A stretch of DNA of 64,000 nt from the NCBI RefSeq assembly GCF_009914755.1, contig NC_060935.1. One strand, 5' to 3'. The position numbers were made by a program, and so were the translations under genes. A model generated the notes under the pieces. It ran no database searches. It was given only the letters and a program-made list of their open reading frames with translations, and was not told the DNA's origin. The stretch comes from the human T2T-CHM13v2.0 reference genome, Homo sapiens. Each line of letters starts with the position of its first letter. Within the stretch, counting starts at the first letter, position 1. This document shows, one piece after another, positions 14,725 to 28,398 of the stretch.

Positions 14725-15603
14725 TCACTTAAGACTGGGCACTCTGGCATCATACTGTGGCACTTGAATAAAGGTTCTATCACTTAACAGCTGGTGATAG
14801 GCAAGGGTTACTCTGCCTGGGCTGGAGACCCAGCAGGCTGACTTTCCATACAGACAGCTGACACTTCCTCTCCCCCAAAGAGCAGGCTCATTTGAAAACT
14901 AAAATGCAGAAGATAGAAAAACTGGCAACAACTGAGTACTCAAGTCAGACATCTGATAGGATGCCAATGAAATGGACAGGGCTGAGGGCCAAGAATCCCC
15001 AACACCATATGACAACAAACATGAGACTTGGGCCCTGGACTCCGATCTCACCAAGGGATGGGTTACTGAGCTCTCTGTTATAAATGCTGCGGTGGAAGAT
15101 CAGGGATAGAAGTCACAATTCTTGTACATCACAGAACTGTAACAACAAAGTTTTGACCTTGGCCCCAATCTATCCCAGGGGAAGGTCTCATGCTTCTGTA
15201 ACCAGGCAGCTTATAAGCCCCACATCTCAAGACTGGAGCCTCTCCCATGACAGACATTTGCCCACCAGATCCTTGTACAACTGGTATGGAGAAAGTGGCT
15301 CACCTGCTGCTACTCTGTCTCTGTAGTTTTTCCTCTCAAAAAAAAAAAAAAAAAAAAAAAAAAGAATGCTGGTCCAGGCTGGGGTGTGTACTTTCAGGGC
15401 ATTCACTCTTGATTACTCCACATTAGACGGTCTTGAACAAATTATTAATTCTCTTTGAGCCTCAGTATCCTCTTCATCAAATACGGATAATGACAGTAAA
15501 CACTTCATTTGGTTTCTGTAAGGATTAAATGAGATAATCTATGTCAAGTATTTATCAGAGCACTGGCACAGAGTGAACATTAAAAAACGCTAGCTATGAT
15601 TAC
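14725..15603 (+). mobile_element. MIR split by a ~630-bp insertion (5' part ~14725-14794; 3' part ~15426-15603)
   Basis: 'gcactctggcatcatactg...ttctatcacttaacagctg' resumes as 'tcttgaacaaatta...gagcctcagt...aggattaaatgagataat...ctggcacagagt'. Confidence 0.75.
14795..15425 (+). mobile_element. Putative solo LTR, family unassigned
   Basis: Interrupts a MIR; starts TGAT, ends CATTA (near CATCA); contains CCAAT and TATA-like motifs, with an A26 run where a poly(A) signal would lie. Confidence 0.55.
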
Positions 15604-17343
15604 AATTTATTATTTAATTCAAGGGGATTTTTCAATACATATAGGGGATTTTATCATATTTCAAAAAGAAATAAAAAATAAACCTGAGGTCTTTCATTAA
15701 GAGACATAGAGAGTCATTGTTCTATAGGCTATGACTCCATCGTTGATGTGAGGTTTATTTGATGGCTGAAAGGTTCTGAGTTTCAAATCAGAGAAGAGAA
15801 ATTTAGCACATAAAAGGAACTTAGACTTTTACTGAGAAGCAGACTTCTAATTGGTGCCTAGGTATCTGTTTGCACCTTCTTGAAAATAAGAACTCTGGAG
15901 GAATGGCATGAAGAAAAGACAGTCTTAGTGGCTATAGTTTTCTCTACACAATTATTTATTCATTCATTCATCCATCAATACATTATCTCCTTTATTCAAC
16001 AGTTACATATTGCAAGACACTGTGCTAAGTATGATGGTGAGATAAGATATAATCAGGTCAATATGGAGAAGTACAAATTGTCTTGTCCAAAACTTACTCC
16101 CTACATGCTCACATGCTAGTCTCCCAAAGAAGGAGCTTTCTGCCTGCAGATTGCCTGGAAAAATAGCTACAAAAAAATGTCTTAAGGCAACCAATTCTAG
16201 TAAAGGCTGAGATGGCAGATTAAGCCATGTTCAAGCATGTTAAAGAGCTGGAACTCTGAGGCTTAGACATGAACCCATTGACTCTGCCAGAGAATGGGCT
16301 TGTGTTCCCCAAACTATTGGATGTCCAGTTGGCAGAACAGGACTTGGAGACAAAACTGTGCCATACACGTAGTTGATGGATATCATCTCTTAATCATGCC
16401 AGGGGAAGAGCTGTTGCTTTCCCAATTAGTTTCTTAAAGCCTTCTGGAGGCCAGTGCTTGATTTATTCCATCTCTGTGTGCTGCCCCAAAGTACAATGGA
16501 AAATTATACTCTGTTTCCTATCACAGTGAAATCCACCAATATAATGCTTTTTCATAATTCCTAGTGTGTTAGCTGCCTGGTTTTTTGTCCTGGTTTAATC
16601 AATACTTTTGTGACTTAAGAAGCTCATAATGTAAAAGAGAAGATAAAACACTTAAGTGGATTAAATTAATAAGAGAGAATTACCTGCCGTGGAAAAAGCC
16701 ACGTTTAGAGGGAATCATCTGTTCTTTTTACTGACCAACCTCTACCTCCCTTGAAGGTATTTGATAGAAACCAATCCCTGCACCCCTCACTATTTCATTG
16801 CCAATAAGAGAAATGACTTATTTTACGGGACTAATGCATCTATACCATTCACTCATGAAAGGTGAGAGGTAGGCTTCACTTCTTGATGCAATTTATTAGC
16901 TCTGTAACTACAATTCTCATCCAAGAGGCCAGTTTTAGGGTGATAATATTGGCCTAATGTACAGTGTGTTTTGGCCTCATATAGAGAGTATATTTATCAA
17001 TACAGTCTTACTGATAATAAAGGTGATATTTGAATTCCTAAGGAAGTCAAAACTTCCTTGTCCCCTTCTTAATAGGTTTAGAACTTAGAAAAGACATTTG
17101 ATCCAATGACTCCTTTAATCACATTTGTTTAATTCAGACATGAATTTGTATCCCAGTTGGTTTTGGAAATACTGTATTCAATCTTGAAATGTCAACGTAC
17201 TCATTAGCCTATGGCTATAATTCTCTCATTGGATTCTATGTGGGATTAACTGAGATGATGTGCCTGAATCATATAAGGTATTCAAAAATTCTTCTTGTAT
17301 GGTGTACATGATGTGAAGAGTAGTCTAGAAAAGGAAACTTGAT

Positions 17344-17973
17344 ACAGCTCTGTTTACAATAGCCAAGATTAGGAAGCACCCTAAGTGTCCATCAACAGAT
17401 GAATAGATAAAGAAAATGTGGTACTTATATGCAATGGAGTACTATTCAGCCATAAAAAGAATGAGATTCAGTAATTTGCAACAACATGGATGGAACTGGA
17501 GGATATTATGTTAACTGAAATAAGCCAAACACAGAAAGACAAACATCACACGTTCTCATTTATCTGTGGGATCTACAAATCAAAACATTTTGAACACATG
17601 AGGATAGAGAGTAGAAGGATGGTTACCAGAGGTTGGGGAGGCCGGGTAGGAGGAAGATGTACGGGGGTAGGAAGAACATGGGGATGGTTAATGGGTACAA
17701 AAAATTAGAATGAATGAATATGGCCTAGTATTTGATAGCACAACAGGGTGACTATAGTCCATAATAATTTAACTGTATATTTTAAAATAACTAAAAGAGT
17801 TACAAACTGGATTGTTTGTAACACAAAGGATAAATCCTTGAGAAGGTGGATACCCCATTTTCCATGATGTGATTATTACACATTGCATGCCTGTATCAAA
17901 ACATCTCATGTACCCAATAAAAATATATACCTTCTATATGCCCACAAAAATTAGAAAAAAATATTTTAAAAAA
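17344..17973 (+). mobile_element. L1MA (1-3) 3' end
   Basis: ORF2 tail 'MELEDIMLTEISQTQKDK' and L1MA 3' UTR 'tttgatagcacaacagggtgactatagt...catctcatgtaccc'. Confidence 0.9.
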
Positions 17974-18013
17974 TCTTGAGAGACTAAGGGAGTTTTATTG
18001 AGTCTCCATATTA

Positions 18014-18203
<190 letters not shown>

Positions 18204-19104
18204 AAGAATATTTGATCTTTTTTCAGTTAACTTAAATATAGGAAACAAAAAATTTAACAGATGGTCCCCAACAAATTGGAAACTTTTCTGTGTCTTAAGC
18301 CTATGACATGCCAGCCGGTTTGACACCACTATTCAGAACTGAGAGCCTGGGTACTGCAGAGAACTATCACAGGAGGATATTTAATGAATTGTGGTGGAAG
18401 TCAAACCTCAGTCCATGCCACTCACCTCAACAGGACATAGCTCACCATGTGTCATTTAAAATGCAATTCTCTTTGAATGGACAAAGAGCAGTTCTATTAC
18501 TAGACATGACTGCTTTTACTACTAGCAGTGGTTTAATGATTTTATGTCATTGCAATAATAGAAACATGACATTCAACTGTGACTATAGCTTGTACGAGTC
18601 TATTTTTGGAAAGCTGATTTTGCAGAGGACATGGAAATGTGGAGTCTTGGTTCCTGTTTATTTCCCAAAAGCCTTGGCCAGTAACTCTTATATGTCACTC
18701 CCCTCTATGGACCTTTCATGACTTTCTGAGATGAGTGTAGTGATTTGAAGTACCAAACAATGATCGTTCATAGAAAAAATCTCTTCTTTAGAAAAGGAGA
18801 ATTGGGACTGAATCCAATTTTTCCATCAAAAGAAACATCCCTCATGGAGTATTTCAATGCCTGAGTCCTCACTCTTGACAGGAAAGAAGCAAGCAAACAG
18901 CAACAACAAAGATAACCAAAATAACACATTCTTTCTCAGTAGAGGACACTGCCATCTACCTTTTACAGATAAATCTGAAGCTAAGAGACGTAAACTCCCC
19001 CAATGTCCTGTCTTCACACATAGACACTTATCACTGTCAGTACTCAGAGTTCAACTTCTTTCTAATCTCAGAACAAGTGCTTTTTCTTTTGCTTACAGTC
19101 AACC

Positions 19105-19245
19105 CTTTCATCTGTGTCCTTGATTCCAACTCCTCCTGTCTTTTCTAAGACCTTGATCCATCAGTGCTCTACCTTTGTTCCTGTATTTTCACCTCTCCCC
19201 TTGCTACTGGTCCATTCAGCCTGTTCACATGCTAAAATCCTTACC

Positions 19246-19288
<43 letters not shown>

Positions 19289-19690
19289 CTCTCTACGTGT
19301 AGTCACTGACCTATTTCCCTCCACAATCAAACTACTTAAAATAGTCCACATCTGCAGTCTCCCATTTTAAAATCACCTGTTTTCTCTTATCCATCTATAA
19401 ATACGTACATGATTTTTCCTTGTATCCTTATTTCAAACAACACAGTACAAGCATTTGTTATTTGTCCTTCCTTCCTTTCAACCCACAACCACAGTCCTCT
19501 GCTTGCATCTTTCTGGCCAGACTGCTCAAGTGAAATTCATCAATAACCTCCTAACATTTAAAGATAATGGGCAAGACTAGTAATTTAACTGTCACCAGCA
19601 TGTGAAACAAAAGACACCTCCTTCCCCTTTTGAAAAATGTTTCTCTCTTTTGGTTTCATGTTGCTGCTTCCTTATTCCTTCCACTTACCA
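19105..19690 (+). mobile_element. L2 fragment
   Basis: Pyrimidine-rich L2 ORF2-like sequence ('catcaataacctcct...accagcatgtgaaac'). Confidence 0.55.
19249..19284. repeat. (CA)18 microsatellite
   Basis: Visible. Confidence 0.95.
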
Positions 19691-20011
19691 TATATTGGAC
19701 ACATATTTTCCCGAAGTACTATGTCATCAGTATAGTTCAAATAGTTAAAATAACCCTAAAAAGGTAGGGAATATTGCAATATTATATACATTTAAGATCA
19801 AGCAGACGGAACCTAAAGAAATGGAATCTTTACCTAAGTTATAGAGTAAGTACAATATATGAGGTAAGAATCCAGTTTTGTCTGATACCAATGTATATTT
19901 TTTAACATGTTATTATGAGAATTACATATTCCAAAAGTACAGAAATATACCAAACGGTTGCAACCAACAAAACACACCTGCTCAAAGATTTAACAAATAT
20001 TTACATTTTGC

Positions 20012-20180
<169 letters not shown>

Positions 20181-20829
20181 TAACCTCCGAACTTTTTTCT
20201 TTCCAGATTGATATAGTTTAAATAATTGAAGTCCACTTTGCATTCCTTCCCAATTTTTCTACCTTTCTCCTCAGAGTGAAAGCCATTATTCTTTAGTTGG
20301 TATGTATCCTTTACATTCCAAAGTTTTTCTACTATTGGATTGATACAGTCTTCTTTATTCCTGTCTTCCCTTCCTTTTTCTGTCTGAATATTTTACATTC
20401 ATTTTCTTTTCTGTTTGTGGACATTTATACATTTTTAACATGTATACTTAACAGTTGATCAATAATATTTCTAATCTCTCTAACCAAATAGGGCATTTGA
20501 ATGTATTCACACTGAACTTCTTCCTCCAATTTACCACATTAATTTCTCTTGCTTTTGCCCTGTAAAATACCTTGCCTGAAACTACCAAGAAATTAGTAGC
20601 ATATATTATATCAGTCTGTCTGTCTATCTATCACCTATCTTTCTATCTATGTTATTTTTCACAGACAAACCTTACATGTATATGAAAGGGTTTCTTTATC
20701 ATCTCACCCTTTCTTTGGGTTGGAGGTTCAATTTTCTCTTACTGATTTTCATTCTCATATAGATAGATCAATAGATCAATGATAGAGAGAGAGAGAGATA
20801 GACAGACAATCTATAGATTCTAATTCTCA

Positions 20830-21600
20830 CTATTTTTATGAGATTTTTTCCCCATTTGGATTCATCCTTGAATTGAAGTTTAGCTAAATGTAGAATTTTA
20901 GGTAAACAATTATTTTCCATCCACTCTTTAAAGTTTCATTCTGTTGGGGCATCTGGTCTCCATCACGGCTGTGAGACATCTTCTGTCATTCTAATTTCCA
21001 TTCCTTTGATTGCAATAGATATCTCATCCTTAATTGCTTTCAATATGTTTTCTGTTTGTGTGAGTTTGGAAATTTCACTGCAATAGAACTAGGTGAATAT
21101 TTGTTTTTAATTAAACAATGTGTGGATGTAGTACTCATTCTGAAGATTGATATCTTTTTTTGCTTCAGGCAAATAACAAACTAGTGTATGATTCTTTTGT
21201 CTCTATCCTCCTTGTCTATAATTTCTCTTATTTTCTGTAGTATGTCATTTTATTTGTCTTAACTCTTCACAGTAAAGCTGCATGTCTGGTTAATTTAATC
21301 AGATCTATTTCCAAGTCACTAATGCTTGTTTACACTTAACTGCATCTTTACAAATGTATTTGCTCACAAAATCTTACAGCTTATAGCTCCACAGTTCAAC
21401 ATTGGAGTCCTTCTCCAAGTCTGATGTCTGTGGTCATTTTTTTCTTTTATCTATTTGAATGTTTAAACACAGTCATTTCAATGTGTCCTCTGGACAATTC
21501 TATTATCTCTAGTTCTGGGGGTGTAAATTCTCCTATTTGTTGCATTTTCTGACTTTTCATTATGAATTTCCATTGGGGATTTAAATATTTCACTCTTAAG
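20830..21600 (-). mobile_element. Ancient L1M (5'/ORF1 region) fragment
   Basis: 'tagaattttaggt...gctgtgagacatcttctgtcattctaatt' resembles antisense L1ME ORF1. Confidence 0.55.
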
Positions 21601-21615
21601 TCACCTTCATGGGGG

Positions 21616-21940
21616 TCATTATGGAAAATTTGTGTCTCCCTAAAATTCATATGTTGAAGGCCTAACCTCTTAGATGACTGTATTTGGAGATCAGGTCACT
21701 GGTATCCTTGTAAGAAAAGGAAGAGACACCAACAATGTGCACACATAGAGACAAGGCCATGTGAGGATGTAGAAAGAAGGCAACTATCTGCAAGCCAAGA
21801 ATAGGGTGCTTACAAAAACCAACATGGTTGGCATTTGGATCTTAGACTTCTAGTTCCAGAACTGTGAGAAAATAACTTTCTGTTCTTCAAGCTAACCAGT
21901 GTATGGTATTCTTTTGTGGCAGCCCAAGCCGACTAATACA
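21616..21940 (+). mobile_element. MLT1A0-type solo LTR (internal deletion)
   Basis: 'aaaattcatatgttgaag...ccagaactgtgagaaaataa...ggcagcccaagccgactaataca'. Confidence 0.88.
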
Positions 21941-23154
21941 GGAGCATTTCAGGAGCCCCAGTCTATAGCAACGATCACCATGTGTCATTGCATATTCACC
22001 TCTTCACTGTTGTCATCAGTTTCACTGAGTTTGTATTAGGTTTTTATTAATTTCTCAACTTGCCCTTCTCATACTACATACAAATTCGGAACTCACAAGT
22101 TTTCTTAAAGTGTCTTGTATGGCCAATTTCTCAAAAATGATTCATTTTAAATGATGGCTGGTGGTCAGAATTTTTCTAGTTCTAATATCAAAGCCATAGC
22201 AGAATGATCTCCTGTCTCAATGTTTTCTTGCAGGTAGTACAGATCCAATCAACTTCTACTTGCACTCAGCCTTGAGGGTATTAAAATGTCACACCGAGCA
22301 TTTAATGATTGTTTCCCCCTGATAACTCTGATGTTTTGTGCCTTTGATTACTGATCTTACCTTGAATTTCTCCTTCACTGAAGCATCTAAAAGCTCTCGT
22401 TTCTTGTTTTTTACCATGTACAAGCATTTCTAAAATATTTCTTTCATAATTTAATTGAAGTAAATTTTTCTATATTGCCTTAATTTTAAAATACCAGATG
22501 TCCTTTTTGCTCTTTCTATTTCATTATGCCATTTTTCTTGTCCTCATCATATCTCTGACTACATATTCTGACAAGCAAAAGTTGTTTTCTCTTTCTCTAC
22601 TTGACAATGAAATATTGGTATTTTCAGAGGATTGGTCTTCTCTTTCAATAGTCTTCTTGAAAAACCTAGTCTACTTCCAATGTTTCAAGTAACTCATTTT
22701 TGAACATTTTTGTTTTATACATCCATTGTGAACCTGTTTTATGGGTTATAGAACTGCATGACCACCATTAGCTTAAACTCAGAATGTGTAGAAGAGAACT
22801 CATGATTTTTCCAAATAATCCCTCAGAAATACCTTGGAATGAGGCACTGTCATCTTTCTGGATAATCAAAGCAGAAAACTAGAAACCATTGATAATGGTT
22901 TCCTTTCCTCAATCCCTACCTTCAGTGGAGAGGCAAATCCCACTTTCTCAGCCTCCTTTACCTTACCATTACGGATGCCTTAAGCATAGCTTAAGCAGCT
23001 ATCCTTAAGCCCTACTCATAGAGAGATAGATTAGCCTCTTAGGATTTTTCACTTGCAAGTTTTAATTATTAGCCAAATTGACATCCATGCCACTAATCAG
23101 TTTTATTGCTTCTAGTTTTCTTTTGGCTGCCAGTGGTGTTTTCCTTCTCTTTCT

Positions 23155-24272
23155 AAACCCTAGAAGAAAACCTAGGCAATACCATTCAGGATATAGGCAT
23201 GGGCAAGGACTTCATGTCTAAAATACCAAAAGCAATGGCAACAAAAGCCAAAATTGACAAATGGGATCTCATTAAACTAAAGAGCTTCTGCACAGCAAAA
23301 GAAACCACCATCAGAGTGAACAGGCAACCTACAGAATGGGAGAAAATTTTGCAATCTACTCATCTGACAAAGGGCTAATATCCAGAATCTACAAAGAACT
23401 CAAACAAATTTACAAAAAAAAAAAAAAAAAACCAAACAACCCCATCAACAAGTGGGCAAAGGATATGAACAGACACTTCTCAAAAGAAGACATTTATGCA
23501 ACCAACTGACACATGAAAAGATGCTCATCATTGCTGGCCATCAGAGAAATGCAAATCAAAACCACAATGAGATACCATCTCATGTCAGTTAGAATGGCGA
23601 TCATTAAATAGTCAGGAAACAACAGGTGCTGGAGAGGATGTGGAGAAATAGGAACACTTTTACACTGTTGGTGGGACTGTAAACTAGTTCAACCACTGTG
23701 GAAGTCAGTGTGGTGATTCCTCAGGGATCTAGAACTAGAAACACCATTTGACCCAGCCATCCCATTACTGGGTATATACCCAAAGGATTATAAATCATGC
23801 TGCTATAAAGACACATACACACACGTATGTTTATTGAGGCACTATTCACAATAGCAAAGACTTGGAACCAACCCAAATGTCCATCAATGATAGACTGGAT
23901 TAAGAAAATGTGGCACATATACACCATGGAATACTATGCAGCCATAAAAAATGATGACTTCATGTCCTTTGTAGGGACATGGATGAAGCTGGAAACCATC
24001 ATTCTCAGCAAACTATCGCAAGGACAAAAAACCAAACACCGCATGTTCTCACTCATAGGTGGGAATTGAACAATGAGAACACTTGGACACAGAGGGGAAC
24101 AATCACATGCCAGGGCCCCTTGTGGGGTGGGGGGAGGGAAGAGGGATAGCATTAGGAGATATACCTAATGTAAATGACGCGTTAATGGGTGCAGCACACC
24201 AACATGGCACGTGTATACATATGTAACAAACCTGCACATTGTGCACATGTACCCTAGAACTTAAAGTATAAT
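23155..24272 (+). mobile_element. 5'-truncated L1PA (~PA4-5), ~1.1 kb
   Basis: 'aaaccctagaagaaaacctaggcaatacc...' to 'cctagaacttaaagtataata'; ORF 23827-24069 is the L1 ORF2 C-terminus. Confidence 0.97.
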
Positions 24273-24357
24273 ATATATATGTGTGTGTGTGTATATATAT
24301 GTATATATACAAATATATGTAGATATACACATATATGTATATATATACACACATATA
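24270..24357. repeat. (TA)/(TG)/(CA) compound microsatellite replacing the L1 tail
   Basis: Visible. Confidence 0.9.
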
Positions 24358-24784
24358 GAAAGAGTAACTAGTCCATACTTTTGAATCCATGGGTCTTTTT
24401 AGTGGATTTTCTTTGCCTATAGGACAAAGTCCAAACTCTACCTTACAAAACTGATTCTCGGTAATTGAGCCTTTACTACTGGTCTAGACTTATTTTTCAT
24501 AGGGTTCTATACCACCACTTTGAACTCCAGCTCAATGAAGCTGTTTTTAGTGTCATGTTTTCATGACTTTTTTCAAGCTATTGCCTCTCCCTGGAATGAT
24601 TTCCCCTTGCCCCTTGGACTCAGCATCACCTTCCAAATCTCTCATTCTTTTCCAGGGGAAGTTGACAACATCCTCCTTAGCATCTCTACCAGAAATAGTT
24701 ATTCTTGGTTCCTATTGTAATCTTAATTCCATTGATACAAAAGTGTGCCTGTCTAACACTCTGAGACTATGAGATGTTTTAAGA

Positions 24785-25001
24785 TGGGGTTTCTCAACTT
24801 CGGTGACTTTGATATACTGGACTAGATAATTCTTTGTTGTCTGAGCTGTACTGTGTATTACTGGATATTTAGCATTCTTGACTTCTAATCACTAAATGTT
24901 AGTGGCACTTGTTTCCCATCAGACATAACAATCAAAAATGCCTTCAGGCATTATCAAACGTTCCCTGGGTAAGGGTGGGGATTCCTGGTTATCAATCACT
25001 G
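24785..25001. mobile_element. MER20 (hAT-Charlie)
   Basis: 'gtttctcaac...agataattctttgttgt...acaatcaaaaatgccttcaggcatt...ggttatcaatcactg'; flanks ttttaaga / ttttaaat. Confidence 0.82.
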
Positions 25002-25254
25002 TTTTAAATTAGGAACCATATTTCAAAAGTTCTGTGTTCAAACTCACAGCCTACATTTCAAAATATTAGTTGGCTAAATGACTACATAATAACAATATTC
25101 TAGTTATCAATAAATAATATGTGTATGTGAATATATATATGCCCTCATCTAGCCATTAAATAATTGAAATACAAAATAATTCACTTATGAATTATACTTT
25201 TGAAATAATTCAGAGAGATAAAGTTCAAATAATATTACATACATGTGTTATCAA

Positions 25255-25255
<1 letters not shown>

Positions 25256-25293
<38 letters not shown>
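25256..25293. repeat. (CA)19 microsatellite
   Basis: Visible. Confidence 0.95.
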
Positions 25294-25297
<4 letters not shown>

Positions 25298-26718
25298 TAG
25301 TGAAAGACTAAATGCCAAGTAACACACAGTCAAATAAGAACAATTAGCAATTTTGTGAATTGGCTGCCTGTTCACATTTATTTTGCCAAGGCTAATGTTT
25401 AGTTAAGTCAACACTTCTGCCAATTATATGAGCCTTCATTGAATGAACTCATGTTTTAATTTTAGCAACTTTGCATTTAACCTTAAGGAAATATAACCTC
25501 CTGGGCAATTGTCAAAACAAGTGACTACATTGACAACGTGTCCCAGAAATAAAAGCTAAGTAAAACCATTATATTTCTTAATTGCTCTTTCTTTAGACAT
25601 TTACTTGATAAATGTTTAGAGAATTTTCAGAATGTGGTAAATATTTTAAGGAAGTAAAAAATCTTCCAAGGTATTTTTACCACTACTAGGAAAGATAATT
25701 CATGTGTGCAAATAAGCTAAAGAAATTGAGTCAAAAGGTTAAGAAAGTTCAAGTGAAAATGGCATCCTAGTGATTTATAAAAACTGAGAAAAGAATCATA
25801 GAAAGACAACATGGAATGTTGGCCTTAGGGGGAAAAATTGTTAATATCAATATTACTTATAATATTACAAAAAACCTGAGAAAGTCTTGACATTCAACAG
25901 TAGCTGAATAGTTACCATTTTAAGATTTTAGTCATAAAAACTCTGCAATAATATGAAAAGCTACATAGTCTATGTTTAAATTAACATTAGAAAAAAAAAT
26001 TTGCATTCAGTTTGAGTTTGAGCAGGCTTGTATAAACTGCATCACATAAAAACGCCTAGAAGAAAATACATTACGATACTAATGGTTATTTCTAGATTAC
26101 ATGGCTAATAGGGGAAATATGACTCTTTCTTTAGATATATCAGTAATTTAAATTTATCTTCAATAGCTGTACATTTTTATTTATGCAAATATGATAAACT
26201 AAACACAGATTTTGTTCTTTGACTCCACTCAGATATGAGAATATAGAAAAGCTTTCTTTTATTCATCATATATTTCTATGACTTTTTCAAAATTTTCAGA
26301 CAGCAAAAGGGGAAAAAAATTGTGAAATTTTATTTCTAGACTTTGCTATTTTAACAATTTATTAATTAGTTCATAGACTAGTCCTTAGTTCTTAGATTAA
26401 GGGGGCAGGAGGGAAACCCCACAGACTCAAAAAGCATAACTGCACCACTTGGTGGGATCATAGCCTTCTCCAAAAGCTTTTTTTTTTTTTTAAGGAAAAC
26501 ACTGGGAAAGAGCAGGGAAGTCAGAAATGCAGATGTGCAGAAATGCACAAGCACACAAAATGTCCTATACTTGTCCCCAGATACCTCTACTATATTAGGT
26601 CATTAATATATCTTAGGGCTCATACCTCTTTGTCTCATACCTGACAAGCTAAAGCCTACTACCTCATACCTGAACCATACCTAATCCATTTCCAAGTCTG
26701 TTCAGTGCTAAAGAACTT

Positions 26719-27021
26719 TAATTTTTAGAAAAAAAGTTTATTTTTAATTGACAAATGAAATTGTGTATATTTATCATGTACAGCATGTTGTTTTGAAATA
26801 TGCATACATTGTGAATTGGCTAAAATGAGCTAATTAACATATTACATTACCTCATATACTTATCATTTCTTTTTTGGTGAGAATGCTTAAAATATTAGGC
26901 TAATATATTCTCTTAGCAATGTTCAGGAATATGTTATTATTAACTATAATCATTATGTTGTACAATAGATCTCTTTAACTTATTCCTCCTAACTGAAATT
27001 TTGTATTCTTTGACCAATATC
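26719..27021 (-). mobile_element. L1MA (~MA7-9) 3' end
   Basis: 'tttttaattgacaaat...ttgtacaatagatctct...tttgaccaatatc'; TSD agaactt (26712-26718 / 27022-27028). Confidence 0.85.
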
Positions 27022-27244
27022 AGAACTTGCCATGCTAGATAGAATATTAAAATGAATTTCAGGTAAAATAAACGATGAAAAGTAGTTAGAACATTAATAT
27101 CCATGCTTGATTTGGTGAATCTCTGGTAGAAAGGTGAGATGGATGAAAAGATTAGTTCTCAGAATCATAATCCGAATGGATGGATTCTTTTGCCATATGT
27201 GGCTTTGAAGAGAAAGCTCAAGAATATGAGACCATCTGATAATT

Positions 27245-27425
27245 ATTTCTCCAAAAACTCAGTGAGGGAAGGACTATGGGTAGCTGCATTTTCTAAATGA
27301 GAAAATTGAAGTTCTGAGAAGAGAGTAGTTTGTCCAAGGTTAAGTGTTCATAACTTGTAAGTAGTGAAGGTGGACTATGAAATTCAGCCATCTAACACCA
27401 GAAGCATGGTTTTAATCACTATGGT
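27245..27425 (-). mobile_element. MIR
   Basis: 'aaatgagaaaattgaagttctgagaag...ttgtccaaggt...ttgtaagtagtgaag'. Confidence 0.65.
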
Positions 27426-28398
27426 ATAACATCCCTTATACAAAGCTCATATGATTGCAAAGGGCCAGAGCCTGGAGACCCTGAAAATCTGTCAGGAGGA
27501 CTATAATAACCTAAATAGGTGAAGGATCAGAACTCAGGAAGATATAAAATGGAAGGGTTCTATAAACATGTGGATAAAAAAAAGAGGACTCCAAGGTAAA
27601 GTCTAAGAATGGATCTGAAATACTCACTACTCCTTTTTTACTACCCCCAAGTCAGTGAATGGGGTAGGTGGGTCAATTTCATTTAAACACTCATAAAATG
27701 GATACAAATTTGCATATGCATTAAAAAGTGACAAAAGAGAAATACATTGGCAATGGGGATAACGCAGAAGACGCTAAAAAAAATGCAACCATTTGAGATT
27801 CCATTGACTTACCTACTCTCACTTCTATACTCATTTTGGTCCTTTCCATTTGCGTAGTTACTTTGATCTATATTATATTCAGGTCATTTCTAAGATAACC
27901 CACTTCACCTGCATGAAGCAGTATTCTGTGTTTGTTTTGTTTTTACCTCTGTTGTCTTGGGCACTGTGACTGAAATTGTTGTAGATGATGACTTAGTAGG
28001 CAAGCAACATTAAAAATTATACATTTGAAATTTGCCAAATTGAAATAGTCATAGTCTCTCTCCCTCTATCCCTTAAAAGTAACTTATTAAAAAGCACTCA
28101 TCTATGTAACAACCAGTACGTCTGAAAATTTTATGGCAAATAGTTACACAGTTTTTTAAAACGTATGAATGTAGGCCATGTAAACAAAAGCTTAAATCCC
28201 TTTTCTTCCAGGAAATCTTCGGTATCACTGGAGTCTATAACTGATGTCATCTGTACTTGGATAATTTGCCTCATCTCTGTCTTATATGGGATTTATATGT
28301 ATACATGTTCTGCCTCCCAGGGGAGTTCTTACATATTCAAGTGGCATCTTTTATACTTTCAATTCAGCCTCCTTGACAGCTGAATGAAAGGGTAATGA

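Larger units (their letters stand above)
22600..24775 (+). mobile_element. L2 fragment interrupted by L1PA
   Basis: 'cttaaactcagaatgtgtagaagagaactcatgatttt' before and 'aggacaaagtccaaactc...gagactatgag' after the L1. Confidence 0.55.

Noticed and set aside
14892-15363. Processed pseudogene suggested by the poly(A) tract
   Set aside because: No AATAAA before the A-run, no long TSD next to it, the insert continues ~60 bp beyond it, and translations are unrecognisable. Retained only as the alternative explanation for the LTR-like insert.
15368-15395. Y RNA-like start 'gctggtcc...ggtgtgtac'
   Set aside because: Similarity stops after ~25 nt and there is no 3' stem or terminator.
18308-18721. 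137-aa ATG-initiated ORF in unique sequence
   Set aside because: No recognisable homology, composition bias or promoter/splice context; its length is plausible by chance in six frames of 64 kb.
27807-27920. Minus-strand 96-nt exon candidate with TAG|GTAAGT donor
   Set aside because: Weak polypyrimidine tract and stop codons in all three frames; such sites occur by chance.
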